Of a stretch of 64,000 nt of DNA, positions 37,881 through 50,828 are shown piece by piece. Position 1 is the stretch's first letter, and every line of letters begins with the position of its first letter. A program made the translations under genes and the position numbers. Source of the stretch: Azolla caroliniana (taxonomy: Eukaryota > Plantae > Polypodiophyta); NCBI GenBank assembly GCA_043228905.1, contig JBHGNT010000009.1:14074001-14138000 (forward strand). Reading direction: 5' to 3'. The notes under the pieces are model-generated. The model was given only the letters and a program-made list of their open reading frames with translations, made no database searches and was not told the DNA's origin.

Positions 37881-38346
37881 ATGCAGCACAGAGAATTCTT
37901 GGAGGTCGTACAAGTTGCAGATGGAACGATGGGTCAAAGGCAGATGGAGCCAAGGTCAAGGCAGAGGTACCACACCGTGTTGATTTCTTCACCTTGGGAG
38001 CACACCAAGCCGAGAAAATCACCTATATGCAAGAGGTTGTTGACGAGGTTGTTGTAGAGGAGACAAACGAGCATACACAGAGAAAGCACATCAACAACAA
38101 GAACAACGTTAGTAGAGGGGAAACAACAATCTCTACATATATAGAGTTTAGAGATCGTAGGGAAACAACAACAAAAATCATGCACAGAGGGAACACAACA
38201 AGAATTATGCGGGGAAACAGAGAATCGAAGGTGGAGTGAGAGAGAGCAAGAGAGAAAGAGAGAGATAGGTAATAGATATGTGTTTGATTTCTAACTTCCT
38301 GCCACTATCTGAATGACAACTTTGAAACAGAAGAGAGAGAGAGAGT

Positions 38347-38388
<42 letters not shown>

Positions 38389-38779
38389 AAGAGAGTGAGA
38401 GTGAGAGAGATTGACCAACTGACACGTTCAACTACCCATACTAGAGAGAGAGAGAGAGAGAGAGACTTAGACTGACCAACTAACACATTCGAAACCTTCT
38501 CCAGGTAGAGCTCTCTCAGCTTTCGTACAACTCTACCTAGGAGAATGAAGTTATAGTTAATGTATTAAATACGGCCTTGGGACACTTCGATTGTGACGTA
38601 TAATATCTTTGTACATTCGTATTGAATTTGTCATATGAATTTGAACCTCATTCAATGGATGATAAACCACTATTTTCTGCACTAATTGTTTTATTTTCAA
38701 TTTTTTATGTTTATTTTCTTCCTCGATTTAGTACTAAATTTTTGGCCAAAAGTTGGTACACCGTAGCTTGCTTCAACCC

Positions 38780-41700
38780 AGCTTTTATTGTTTTATATAA
38801 TCATATGCTATCTTAATGGTTAGGTTCTTGATTATGTATTACAAGGCCTTGGGTTCAAGCTCAAGTGAAGCCACATAATGTTCACGGATTCATGACACTA
38901 TCCCTCCTCTTAAAATGACAAGTGGAGGAGTTGTTAATAATGCAGGACCGGGTTTGTTGGGATACCGACAATGGAAGTCGTCAATAAGAGCTTGAGCATT
39001 ACAAACATTATCGACAGGTTCCCATGTGCGATCGCTCGGAGTATAGCCTAGCCAATCAACTAGATAATACAACTTATTGCGCGCAATCTTTGAATCAAGA
39101 ATGGAGGCTACCTCATACTCTGGGCCATCAGCAAGTTGGAGAGGAGGCGGTGGCGGCACGACACGATTGGGAATCGAGCTGGTGTGGTAAGGTTCCAAAA
39201 GAGAGTTGTGAAAGACTAGATGAAGACGCAAACTTGCAAGAAGATCAAGACGGAATGTTGCATCATTAATCCACTTCGTGATGACAAAAGGACCCAAGCG
39301 TTTATAATCTAGTTTATCACACGGTCGAGTAGTCTTTATGTGACGGCATAACAACCATACCTAATCACCAACCTTGAATGGAGAATTGATTCTTCTCGTC
39401 TAGCCTCTTCCACAAACACTAGTAAGTACCCATGGCTGCTGGCAACCCACAAGAATACTTCACCCTTGTTGTAGAAATGGAGAATCTCAAAAGCAAGTTT
39501 GCATCACTAGAGCTGGAGAATCAACGATTTCTTGAAGACCTACAGAAGGTTTCAATAGAGAAGCAACAAATACACGATGAGTTTACACGAAGGGTTCAAC
39601 AACTAGAGTCGGCAATAGTAGCTTTACAACAACTAAAAGTCGACAGTCAAGGAGTTCTTAAGGAGCCCAAAATCAGCCTCCCAGCTAAATTCGATGGGTC
39701 GAGAGCACATTTTCGGGGTTTTATAAATCAAGTGCAGTTGGTAATTCAGATGCATCCCATGCGTTATCCGACGGATTCATCTCGAGTCGGGTTAGTGGGC
39801 ACTTTATTGACTGGCACGGCATTGTCATGGTTTGCTCCATTGCTAGAAGCAAATTCGCCCCTACTCAACAACTTTGAAGAATTTATCAAAGAGTTTAAGG
39901 CTTGCTTCGGAGACACACATAGTGTAAGAACGACAATCAACAAGATTCGCACACTGCGACAAGGGGATCAACCAGCATCAACGTATGCAGCCAATTTTCG
40001 TCTCATTGCAAGTGATATTCCTTGGGACGAACAAGCTCTAATTGAGCAGTTTCGTTCAGGCCTCCGTGGAGATGTAAAAGATTTACTTCTTACCTTCCCT
40101 GAGGATCCAAAATCCCTTACAGAAGCTATTAGTCGAGCAATACAGTGTGATAATCGGCTTTTTCAGCGTCGGTCCAAGTGACAACAACAACAAACAAGAT
40201 CAAGATTTACGCCAACTTATGCATCAGTGACGACACAATCTCCAAGGCAACAATATAGCCCCATCCCAACTCCACGGCAAGCACGTAGCCCAACACCAAT
40301 GGATAGCCCGACACTGATGGAGATTGATATGACCCGGCGACGAGGACCTTTATCAAATGAAGAGAAACAACGTCGTTGAGCAAATCGATTATGCTTATAT
40401 TGTGGAGGTCCATGACATATTGCCATTCATTGTCCACACAGACCAAGACGTCAGGTACATCACATTAACTATGATAATAGAAATGAGTCTAGCATTATTG
40501 ATAATAGAAATGAGTCTAGCATTGTTGAAACGGTGCCAACTAGTGTTTCTAGTAATCTAACTCTATCCAATAAGTTTGAGGTCCTAAGCCAATTAGAAGA
40601 GGAGTCAAACGAATAAGTCCGGCCAAAATCGGAGCCGTTTGGTTGGACAGTCCTAGATCTGTATAGCCTAGTGTGGGTTCCATCTCTTCCAAGCATATTA
40701 GTAGAGTTTTCTCAAGCCAAGTACAAGTTAGGACACCAAGTTGTCAACTTCATGTCCCAGTTCTCTTAGATACCAGAGCCAATTCTTATTTCATGGATAG
40801 AGATTTTGCCCAAAAACATCAAATAGCCTTGCATAAACTTCCTTGCCCAGTTTCCGTAGTAGTGATTGATGGACGTCCCATAGCTTCTGGAAAGATATTT
40901 GAAGAGTCTGAGCCAATACACATACTCTTAGGTGATTTAGGATGTGTAGTCTCCTTTAACATAATCCGTAGCCCTGAGCATCCAATAGTCCTTGGTTTGC
41001 CATGGTTCGAACTACACAACCCAAGAATTGATTGGAGACGACGAGAAATTAGGTACCCTTCAAAAGGAAACATAGTAGTCAAGGGTCGAACCCAGGATCC
41101 TCCCCTTGAAAAACATAGTGTTACCAATTCACCCTCTACCAAACATGTTGTTCTTCTTCATCAAATTTCATGAAGAAGACCCTAGAACAATTATGCCAAG
41201 AAGGAGCAAAAGAAGATTTATTCTTATTTGCCATATTAGCTGCACCTTCTAGTGACACTCAAGGGAAGTCAGAGGTCTACATTCCTAAAAAGTACCAAGA
41301 ATATGTTGATGTCTTCGACAAAGTCAAAGCTAGTGTACTTCCAAAGCATCGTCCATACGATTGTCCCATTGATCTACAGCTAGGAAAAGAGCCACCAAGG
41401 GGTCCGATCTACAATCTGTCACCAAGTGAGCTTGAGTTTCTTCAAGCATACATTGACGAGAATCTTGCGAGTGGATTTATTCGACATTCAAAGTCTCCAG
41501 CTAGTGCTCCTATCTTTTTTGTGAAGAAAAAGGACGGCTCTCTTCGTTTGGTCGTGGATTATCGGGGATTAAATAAAGTGACAATAAGAAATAGGTATGC
41601 TCTACCTTTAATTTCCAGTCTTTTAGAGCACTTTGGTGGGGCAAAGCATTTTACCGAGATTGATCTAAGGGGTGCATATAATCTTGTCCATATTCGACTG

Positions 41701-43969
41701 GGAGACAAGTGGAAGATTGCATTTCGCACACGATATGGCCATTTCAAGTATACAGTTATGCCTTTTGGGCTTGTTAATAATTAGGTAATTAATTAAGCAA
41801 GGGTTAATTAGTACCTAATTATGTGTGTATGTGTGTGAGAGGGAGAGAGAGAGAGAGAGGGAGAGATACACTTATGAATAACACAAGATAGGGGATGAGT
41901 AAGTATATTAACTTAGCATTATCATCATCAAATACAAAAATACCCACAATGAGGTATATATACATCTCATGTGCAAAGGTGCACATGTGAGAGTAGAATA
42001 TAGGTACTAATGTGTAAGTCCTATATTAAATGTACTTAGGAGTGGAGGATCTAGAATATCCCACTTAAGTAGAAGGTCTTATTTAAGGCGTTATAGTCAA
42101 CACTTCTTACTAGATTCTATCTAGGTAACTACGAAGTTACATTGTTAACTAACTAACTAAACTAAATTGAGCTTGATCTCTCAACAGGGCTCACAAATGC
42201 TCCTGTCGTGTTTCAACATATGGCAAATGACATTTTCCGAGATTTTCTAGATATCTTTCTTATCATCTTTTTAGATGATCTATTGATTTACTCTAGAACA
42301 CAAGCGGAGCATGATATACATGTCCGGAAGGTACTCCAATGCTTAAGAGAGTATGGTCTCTATGCCAAACTAGAGAAGTGTACTTTTGATTGCAAAGAAG
42401 TTGAGATCTTGGGTTATACCATTTCATCCAAAGGTATCTTCATGGATCCAGCGAAAGTTCAAACAGTATTGGAATGGCATACTCCAAGTTCCATTCGCGA
42501 TGTCTAGTGTTTCCTTGGATTTGCCAACTTCTACCGCAAATTCATATGGAATTATTCGAAGATTGTATTGCCACTTACTCAACTCACCAAGAAAAATCAA
42601 GCATTTGTTTGGACTCCTGAAGCAGACAAAGCCTTTACTCGGTTGAAAGAGGCATTCACATCAGCTCCTGTCTTAGCTCATGTTGATCGAGAAAAGTTAC
42701 TTATCATTGAGGCAGATGCATCCGACTTTGCATTGGGGAGCATCCTATCACAACCAGGTGAAGATGGGCACTTACATCCAGTCGCGTTTCACTCAAGAAA
42801 GTTTAATGTTGCGGGGATGAACTACGAGGTGCATGACAAAGAGTTACTAGCTGTGGTCGACTCTTTTGCGCAATGGCGACATTTCCTGGAAGGTTCGCCT
42901 CATCAAATCATCATTTATAGTGACCACAAAAATCTTACATATTTTCAGACGGCTCTAGTGCTAAATATGCGACAAGCTCTGTGGGCGCAATTTTTAACTC
43001 ATTTTGATTTCAATATCATTTTCCGCCTAGGGAACCAACAAGGGCAAACAGATGCTTTATCTCGACGCTCATATTTGGCACTTTGCCCTAGAGATCCAAC
43101 TTTCGACAATTAAAAGCAAGTTCTCCTTGGTCCAACAAAGCTACAAGCAACCACAGTTTGTGCCACGCCATTGGATTCAAGTCTCCTTGATACTATTCGA
43201 CAACAACTTAACTCTGATGATTTTGCTAAGGATGTCTTCACCCACCTTGGTCCAAATCATGCATTTTGCTCCATATTGCCAGGGACATCTCGACGCTCTA
43301 AGGAGTTCAAGTGGCAAGATAACTTATTTTTCTACAAGAATCTACTTTATGTCCTTGATGGATCACCATGCCTTCGAGTGTTGGAGCATTGTCATGATGT
43401 CCGTATGGCCGGACACTTAAGTATTGCCAAGACCATGGAGCTAGTGAAGTGATCATTTTGGTGGCCTCATTTACAACAATTCGAATCAAACTGTCAAAAC
43501 CAAGAGAGAAGGTAAAGTGATAGAAGAAAGATATAAAGAGATCACAATAAGAGGAATGAAATGATAAGAGAAGAATGAATGCATTAAAGTAAAATAAGAA
43601 TGGATACAAGATAGGCGATGAGAGCTTAAGATTGGTGTTGATTCGAATTGGTTTTGAGAAGAATTGTATGCCCATATTTATAGGTTCCTATAGAATAACC
43701 TAGTGATTTCTATAATGTTCTAAAATGTTCTAGACCTAGAATATTCTAAGATGTTCTAGGATATTCTAGAATGTTCTAGGATATTCTAGAATGTTCTAGG
43801 ATAGTCTAGAATGTTCTAGAACATTTACAATATCAGTCTATTACAAGAAGTAGCTTTTATTATTTCATATAATCATATGTTATCTTAATTGTTAGGTTCT
43901 TGATTATGTATTACAAGGTCTTGGGTTCAAGCCCAAGAGAAGCCACATAATGTTCACAGATTCATGACA
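38780..43969 (-). mobile_element. Ty3/gypsy chromovirus family B with an inverted internal gag-pol segment
   Basis: 5' LTR 43492-43969, truncated 3' LTR 38780-38897, PPT 38898-38912 and chromodomain ORF 38890-39354 are all on the minus strand. Gag (39432-40181), protease, RT, RNase H and the integrase N-terminus are on the plus strand. Confidence 0.9.
41772..42186 (-). repeat. Solo LTR (copia B-like family) inserted in the gypsy B RT
   Basis: TSD GGGCT at 41767-41771 and 42187-42191. Splits MPFGL|TNAP. Reverse-complement homolog of 44303-44743. Confidence 0.93.
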
Positions 43970-44040
43970 ACGCCAGTCTTAAGCCTCTTAGCCTTCCTTG
44001 TATATTCTTCTCACATAATATATCGCTGTCATCATCATTT

Positions 44041-44072
<32 letters not shown>

Positions 44073-44161
44073 CTTCTCTCGAGTGTTCTACACCCTCTAT
44101 TCCTCTTAGTACTAATATTCCTCTCTTAGTACTAATTTATTCTTTGTCTCGGTACTATTCC

Positions 44162-44743
44162 TGACACCCCCACACGACCCAAGCACGTCATGGCCAAGTA
44201 CAAACTTGGACAAAGGCAAAGGTAAGATGCCCGAATACGAAGTCGATCACACCGACTACAGTGATTCGGATGTGTCACCTCACACTTGAGTTTGAGGGGG
44301 CGTGTTGAGAGATCAAGCTCAACTTAGTTTAGTTAGTTAGTCAACCATGTAACTTCGTAGTTACCTAGATAGAATCTAGTTAGAAGTGTTGACTATAACG
44401 CCTTAAATAGGACCTTGTACTTAAGTGGGATATTCTAGATCCTCCACTCCTAAGTACATTTAATATAGGACTTACACTTTTGTACCTATATTATCCTCAC
44501 ACATGTGCACCCTTGCACATGAGATCTATATATATATCATTGTAGGTATTTTTGTATTTGATGATTATGTTGCTAATTTAATATAGAGTTACTCATCCCC
44601 CATCCTGTGTTGTTCATAAGTGTATCTTCCTCTCTCTCTTCCTCTCACACACATACACACACATATCACTTAATCTTCCGCTTATCAATTAATCACATAA
44701 TTAGGTACTAATTAACCCATAATTAATCGCCTAATTATTAACA
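44162..44743 (+). mobile_element. Copia B-like 3' end: short internal remnant, PPT and LTR (44303-44743)
   Basis: ttgagggggcg followed by TGTTGAGAGATCAAGCTCAAC...TTAACA. Confidence 0.85.
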
Positions 44744-45592
44744 TGTCGAGTGGAATGATTTGAATGAGCTTAATCACATTCTTTCTTGCCTCTACATTTT
44801 GTCTATACATAACATTGGCATGCTCTGTTCCGGATTCCAAGAAACCCCTTACAACATCTAATGACAACTCTCCTTGCTTTGAATGTGCATAGCTTGCATG
44901 TCCTTTGTGCATTTCCACATTGAGTACATTCTTCCTCACCAGGTCATCATCCTATCTATACATAACATTCACTTCTTCATATTCCAACAAACACCTTACA
45001 ACATCTAATGACAACTCCACTTGCTTTGAATGTGCATAGGTTGCATGTCCTTTGTGCATTCCCCCATTGAGCTCAGAAGCATAATTCTCATTTTTTATTC
45101 ATGTGTCAACAAGTATAATTCATTTTCCATTTCTATAGCATCTTTCCATTTCACCGATTTGTGCATGATCTCCTTGTTTGACTATACATCTCTCTGTACA
45201 TGTGTGTTCATGAGGCACATCACAGAGTACATCTTCTAGTCAGTCTTAGTGATTGTCATTTCCCTACGTCTTCCCTATTTCTGATAGCAAGAGAGGACGG
45301 CTTACCTTAGTCACATTCGTTCTCTTTGTTGTTGCGGCGTTGGTTGGATTCCCCACGCTTCTCATGGCTACCATTTGTTGCTTGCCTCTCTCCATCGTCG
45401 AGTTTTTTGATTGATTCTGAACATTTATATTCCCAAATATAATAAGTTGTTTCGAACCATATTAACAAAATGTCAAAGGTACATGAGTTTATTCTCTAGA
45501 TCTAATGCTAGATAATGGATATAAATAAAAGACGTTTTTACCTTAACATATAAGTACATGACAAAACTTATAAGAGCATTTACTTTTATATG

Positions 45593-46263
45593 CATAGATT
45601 GGCACATACGTGATATTCGCCATCCGTAATATTCGAGAATACAAAATGACCCCAAAAATATTACAAAACCATTCGTTTTAAATTTACATAATAAAATTTA
45701 TTTAATTCGCTATAAAAAAGAATTAATTCACTAAATTATTAATTAATTAGGGTTCCTAATTTCAATTAAAATTAGGGTTTCCAGAATTAAAATATTAATT
45801 AATTCATTAATAATAAATTAATTTACTAAAATGTTAATCAATTCATGAATAATTAATTAATTAGAGCTCCTAATTTCAGCCAAATCTAGGGTTTCAACAA
45901 AACCTTGAGTTTGGAGGCTGAGAACAATATGTAGGTGTCACTTAGAGGATGAGGGGGAGGCGAGGATGTAGGTCGAGAAGAAGAAATATGGTCGAAATTA
46001 GGGTTTCAATTGGAATAAGGGTTTTCAACCAAAACCCTAATTTGCAGGCCGAGAACATGATGCAAGGGGAGGTGAGGGTGTAAGCATCATGTATAGGATG
46101 CAAGGTGCGACCTCTTCGCTAACTATTCGGTGTTGCTCGCTTGCAATAGCTAGCATTAGAAAAAATAATTTTTTTATTTTTTAAAGATTTAAAAATAAAA
46201 CGAATATTGTATTCGTATGCATTCGTGGAGGAGGCCCCACAAATGCGAATATGTCAATCTATG
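45593..46263. mobile_element. Non-autonomous hAT-like element (MITE)
   Basis: TIRs catagattggcacat / atatgtcaatctatg. 8-bp TSD tttatatg / tttatagg (7 of 8 match). Subterminal (t)attcg repeats. Confidence 0.8.
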
Positions 46264-49084
46264 TTTATAGGAAAATCTAAGAGGATGTGTAATCTAAGGA
46301 GGAAGATCAGCTAATGTGTCCTCTTTTATAGTTACTTGCAACACATTTTAAACAAATTGAGCAATTAAAGTTATAAATGGTTTTATATAAATTGATCCTC
46401 ATTTATTACGTTAAAGGGATAACCATGTTATCTTTTTAAGGAGGTTCATGTGTAAGAAAGAGTTTTAAAAACTGAGAATTCGGTTTTGGTATTGCACAAA
46501 CCTCAATTTTAGGAGCCAAGGTACCAATCGAGGTACAATATGTGCAACAAAGAAAACTCCTTGAAAATATTTAATTGACACCTAGAGTGATGTTAAGTCT
46601 TTCACATGCACACAAATCAAATTACAATAGCACATTGCATGTTTGGTGTATGTTATGATTAGAAGAGAATTTAAATGAAAGAGACTTGTGAATATTGTCA
46701 AAGAGTGTGTTTAATAGACCATTGAGTCTATTATTTCTTTGTGATATGATTTTTTATCTCATAATAAAAATTACCTGCCACTTCTTTTTTGAAAAAGATA
46801 ACTAATTTGCAATAATAATAATAATAACTATTTGAAAATCCACATGACGTTAATGAAATATTGTCATGTAGAGCATAACACATTGTTAATAATAAATAAA
46901 TAAAACCTTCAAAAATGTCACAGTGGGTAATGGTTCTACTCACCAGAAGCTACAACATCAAGATTGCTAATAGGCCTTGTCTACTCACTATACAAGTCAT
47001 GACAACATTTTGACCTATAAAATAAATTTTATTTTGTCTAGTAGCTCATTTCTAAAGTATTTTGTAACAAAGACACAAGTTAGAGCTAAACAATATTTAC
47101 ATGTGTACCAAAGGGATCTAAACATAGGTAATAAATATTAAGCTCAATGTAACCAAACATATCACCTCTCTTCTTGAGTGCTTGCAATCTGGTAGGTGGT
47201 AAATTACACAAATTGATACTTTGTCTTGGATCAACCGTAACGTGAGAATGACATGTGCTTATTGTGTAAAGAGTGTGCGTAATAGACCCTTCTATCAAGA
47301 TATGTGTGTGTCTGCATGATATGATTGATTTTTAATGACACAATGATAGCCATGGAGAGTTGTTTAGAAAAAAAGAATCAGCTCATTATTTACATGGCAC
47401 TCGCTCCATATGTGGACTTAATAATTATTATTTGTTTTTATAAGCAACTCTTCAAATTGCCAAGTCTTCTTGATTATTTTTCGATAAAAAAATACACCCA
47501 AATTGTTTTTCCCTATAAACTAATTTAGGAGTTTCAATAATTAAGGCTCAAAATTTTAATTCGATATTTAACAATAATGGTTCTTGACCAAAAAAATCCA
47601 TAAGAGAGGGTTGATTGAACCACTAGAAATGACCTAAAATCCATTTGAGATTTATGTTTCAAAAAAGTACTCAATTGTTTTTAAAAAAGGAAGGAAGATA
47701 TAGCATAAGTTACACAAACCCTGGTTTTGATGGTAAGTATTACCAATCATGACGGAGTTGAAGTACTACTATGTAGTAGATAATCAAATAGTTAAAATGA
47801 AGCTAAATTCATTAAATAACCGCAAGTTTGATGTCTCAATTGGTCATAGGCCTCTTTTGTTGTGCTACTAAAAGAAGCATTGTTTACTGTGAAGTTGTGC
47901 ACAAACGGGTTAACCTTCACAAATGCATTTGATAACTAGTGCTCATATTTGCTAAAGTTGTGTGCTCATTTGATATCAAGAAGCTATCTTGTTTGAGTTT
48001 TGGGTGCTTCCGATGTTCATAGTGCTTTGGTTTTGTATCTTTTGTGTATGTTATAACTTCTACTATGTTCAGAAAGTAAGAGTCCCTTTTTGTAATTTTC
48101 TATGTCAATTTTGAGATCCAAGGAGATCATTCTTGTGTTTGTTTCTCTTTTGATTTCTTTGAAGTTCCACTCTTGAACAATTTGTCCCTACGTCTCTACA
48201 TAAATTTGTAATTTGATTTCTCAAGTTTATTGAGTAGATCTACATGATTTTTAAAACATTACATTTTTGTAGCACTATCACTAAATAAGTTAAGAAATCA
48301 TATTTTATCCACGAGAAAGTTTCGCTAATTTTGGACAACATTTATGCAATGGATGTGTATATATATATGTATGTATATGTTATACATAATTTAGTTATGT
48401 GTCATAATTCTTGGGTCTAGACATGGGAAGGATCCTTATAATGACCATGGTCCTAGAGTTATCTGTAAGGTTTCACGAATCCATGTGCAGTTATATGTTA
48501 GAGTATGTTAGTATCAAAACAATGTTAAATATTTTAACCATCCTACTCATGCTTTGTCCCATTTTGAAACAATTGAAATACCTTATCAATATTACACACC
48601 ACACATCGTGCAACTTTCTTTTCTTCCTTTTATCTCACTATTCCCTCTTAAATTCCTTGGCATGCAACATCGCTTGGGGTTTGGTTAGAGGCTTTCCATC
48701 CTCTTTGTTTATTTAATCCTATCTTACTCTCCACACTCTATGCCTTCGATATTTTGTCTCACAAGCTCCATACTCTTCAATTTTGAATCATGATTCATGT
48801 AGGTATTCATAACCACTAGGTTTTTTTGTTGAACCAAATGCCCTATGGTCAATTCTACCCTATATTTGACAAATCACTTTAATCTCACCTTTTCTATTCC
48901 ATCTCTCTAAATGGTTAGGTGTTTGATTCCATTATGTCTTGTGAGTCCCTAGTTTAAATACCAATGTCTCTCATATGTCAGATTATTGAAGAGAACGCCT
49001 TATTTATTTCCTACATGGTTGACATTTATCTAGGTATGGCCTTTTAGATGCGTGGGTTGTTTTATTGTAGCTTGTTAATGCGGG

Positions 49085-49503
49085 TAACAATTGACAACGG
49101 TTCGGTTCAGTTTGAGAGGGTCAAAACTGAACTGATTAAATTTTTTGAAACTTGAACCGAACCAAACTGTTAAACATTTTTCAAACTGTAAAAACCGTGG
49201 TTTCATGGTTCGATTTCGATTTTCAACTTAGGTCAAATTTTAAAAATTTAAAAATTTATAATATTTCATTATTTTAAATTTTATAAATTTTAAAGATGTT
49301 CCAAAAATGTGAGAATAAGGTCTAAAAATGAAAAGATTGTTTAAAAACAAATTTTTAAATTAAAAAAAAACCCATAAAACCGTGGTTTCAGATTGTTAAA
49401 ACTGAACCGAACCGTTTTAAAAAGCCTTAACCGAACCGTTGAAACTGTTAAGCCGCGGTTTCGCAGTTCGGTTCAGTTCAAACCGAACCGTTGCCGATTG
49501 TTA
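49085..49503. mobile_element. Non-autonomous hAT-like MITE
   Basis: Perfect 8-bp TSD AATGCGGG at 49077-49084 and 49504-49511. TIRs taacaattgacaacggttcggtt / aaccgaaccgttgccgattgtta. Internal AACCG repeats. Confidence 0.9.
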
Positions 49504-50529
49504 AATGCGGGGCATGCCACAACTATTTTTTTGGAAAACTATGCAAACATTGTCTTGTGATTTGGTTAGTTATTGCAAGTTATGAGAAATTATAATAGTA
49601 AAACTTTGATGCATCACAACCATTTTACAAAGTTATTGAAACTTCACCCATCGGATCAATGAACCATTTATGTCCGTGGAGTCTTTTATAACATTGTCCG
49701 TGGAGTCTTTCCAAAGCTATGCAAACCTAGCTATTAGAGTTGCAAAAAAACATTTGACACATAAACTAACTCATCTTTCTAAAATGTTGTTTTCTAATTC
49801 AGTCCTTAACTACATTGATAACTTGAAGTTGAAGTTTCTTAACTTCATGAAAGTAGTTATAACTAAAGTGCAAGAAAAAGTTTTGATTGCAAGGCACAAC
49901 TCAAGCAAGGTTTTGCAGTAGAATAAATCTCCAAATCACCTTTGTGAATGAAACATGTACAAGAAGTTGTAGTTGGAAATTTGTTTCTTGAGATGTTGCC
50001 ATCTTAATAACGCAATAGTTCCAAGAGTATCACCATAATGATCATAAGAAACCTTCTCCTAAGCTATTGGGGTAATGCCATTTGAGTTTGAGATGAGGTA
50101 GCATGCAAGCATGAAATACTACGATCTCAATGTAAGTATGTGCACGAAGTTTCAAATCCTTAAATTGATGATTCAACGTATTTTATGCTAGCTTTCTAGT
50201 TCTCTCTCTCTCTCTCTCTACCCTTATGCCTTTTGATTCTAGTTTCTTTGTTCACTCCTACAACATTTACTCTAGATTGCCTTCACATTAGTGATGATTG
50301 CACCAACCACTTGAATGTGTGCGATGGCGGGCACACAACACGCATACAGAGTCAGACACCCACAAATGGGTGTGCATGTGTGTGTGAACGATGAACATGG
50401 CCTTAAGTGTGAGCATGGCCAAGGGCACATACAGAAAAAGTGTCCTATTAAAATATGTCCACTCAAGGGGCATGCATTTTTTCTCTTGCCAAGAAGCCTC
50501 TCTTTCTCTCTCTCTACGATTTTATTCAC

Positions 50530-50565
<36 letters not shown>

Positions 50566-50765
50566 TATAAGAGACTTAATTCATACATTCTCTTTTACTG
50601 AAAACACACTAACGATCATTTACTCTCTTCTTTTCTCCATTACACACACACACACACTCACAGCTCCGTTTCCTATGAAATAGACCTCATTTTCTCTCCG
50701 TGAGGAGAGACACACACACACACACACACACACACAGTTCAAATACTTCTCTGATCTGAGAAACC

Positions 50766-50828
50766 ATGTCCAAGGCAGTTTCCCAACTTTCAGATGCTAC
50801 TTTTGGATCCCTATTAAGAGAATTGCAG
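50766..50828 (+). CDS. MAP65: Probable first coding exon of a 65-kDa microtubule-associated protein (MAP65/Ase1 family)
   Basis: accATG...MSKAVSQLSDATFGSLLRELQ followed by a GT donor matches the plant MAP65 start T(C)GSLLxELQ, which is followed by an intron. A CT/GA-rich 5' region lies upstream. Only 21 codons, and no downstream exon in the window. Confidence 0.55.

Larger units (their letters stand above)
32432..38779 (-). mobile_element. Probable DNA-transposon remnant with a multi-exon gene (coiled coil, RING finger, repetitive acidic domain)
   Basis: Sharp right end (...cttcaaccc) cuts a gypsy LTR. Minus-strand ORFs 37276-37521, 36971-37156, 36590-36955, 36151-36393 and 33411-33932. No transposase or second terminus seen. 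Confidence 0.45.

Noticed and set aside
43877-43945. Annotating a genuine tRNA gene
   Set aside because: No convincing acceptor or anticodon stems. Kept only as a tRNA-like motif within the LTR.
45760-46045. TTAGGG/AAACCCTA motifs as interstitial telomere
   Set aside because: Isolated single copies inside a MITE, not tandem arrays.
46270-50300. Short ORFs in the AT-rich interval
   Set aside because: No motifs or splice-consistent structure. Treated as intergenic apart from the MITE.
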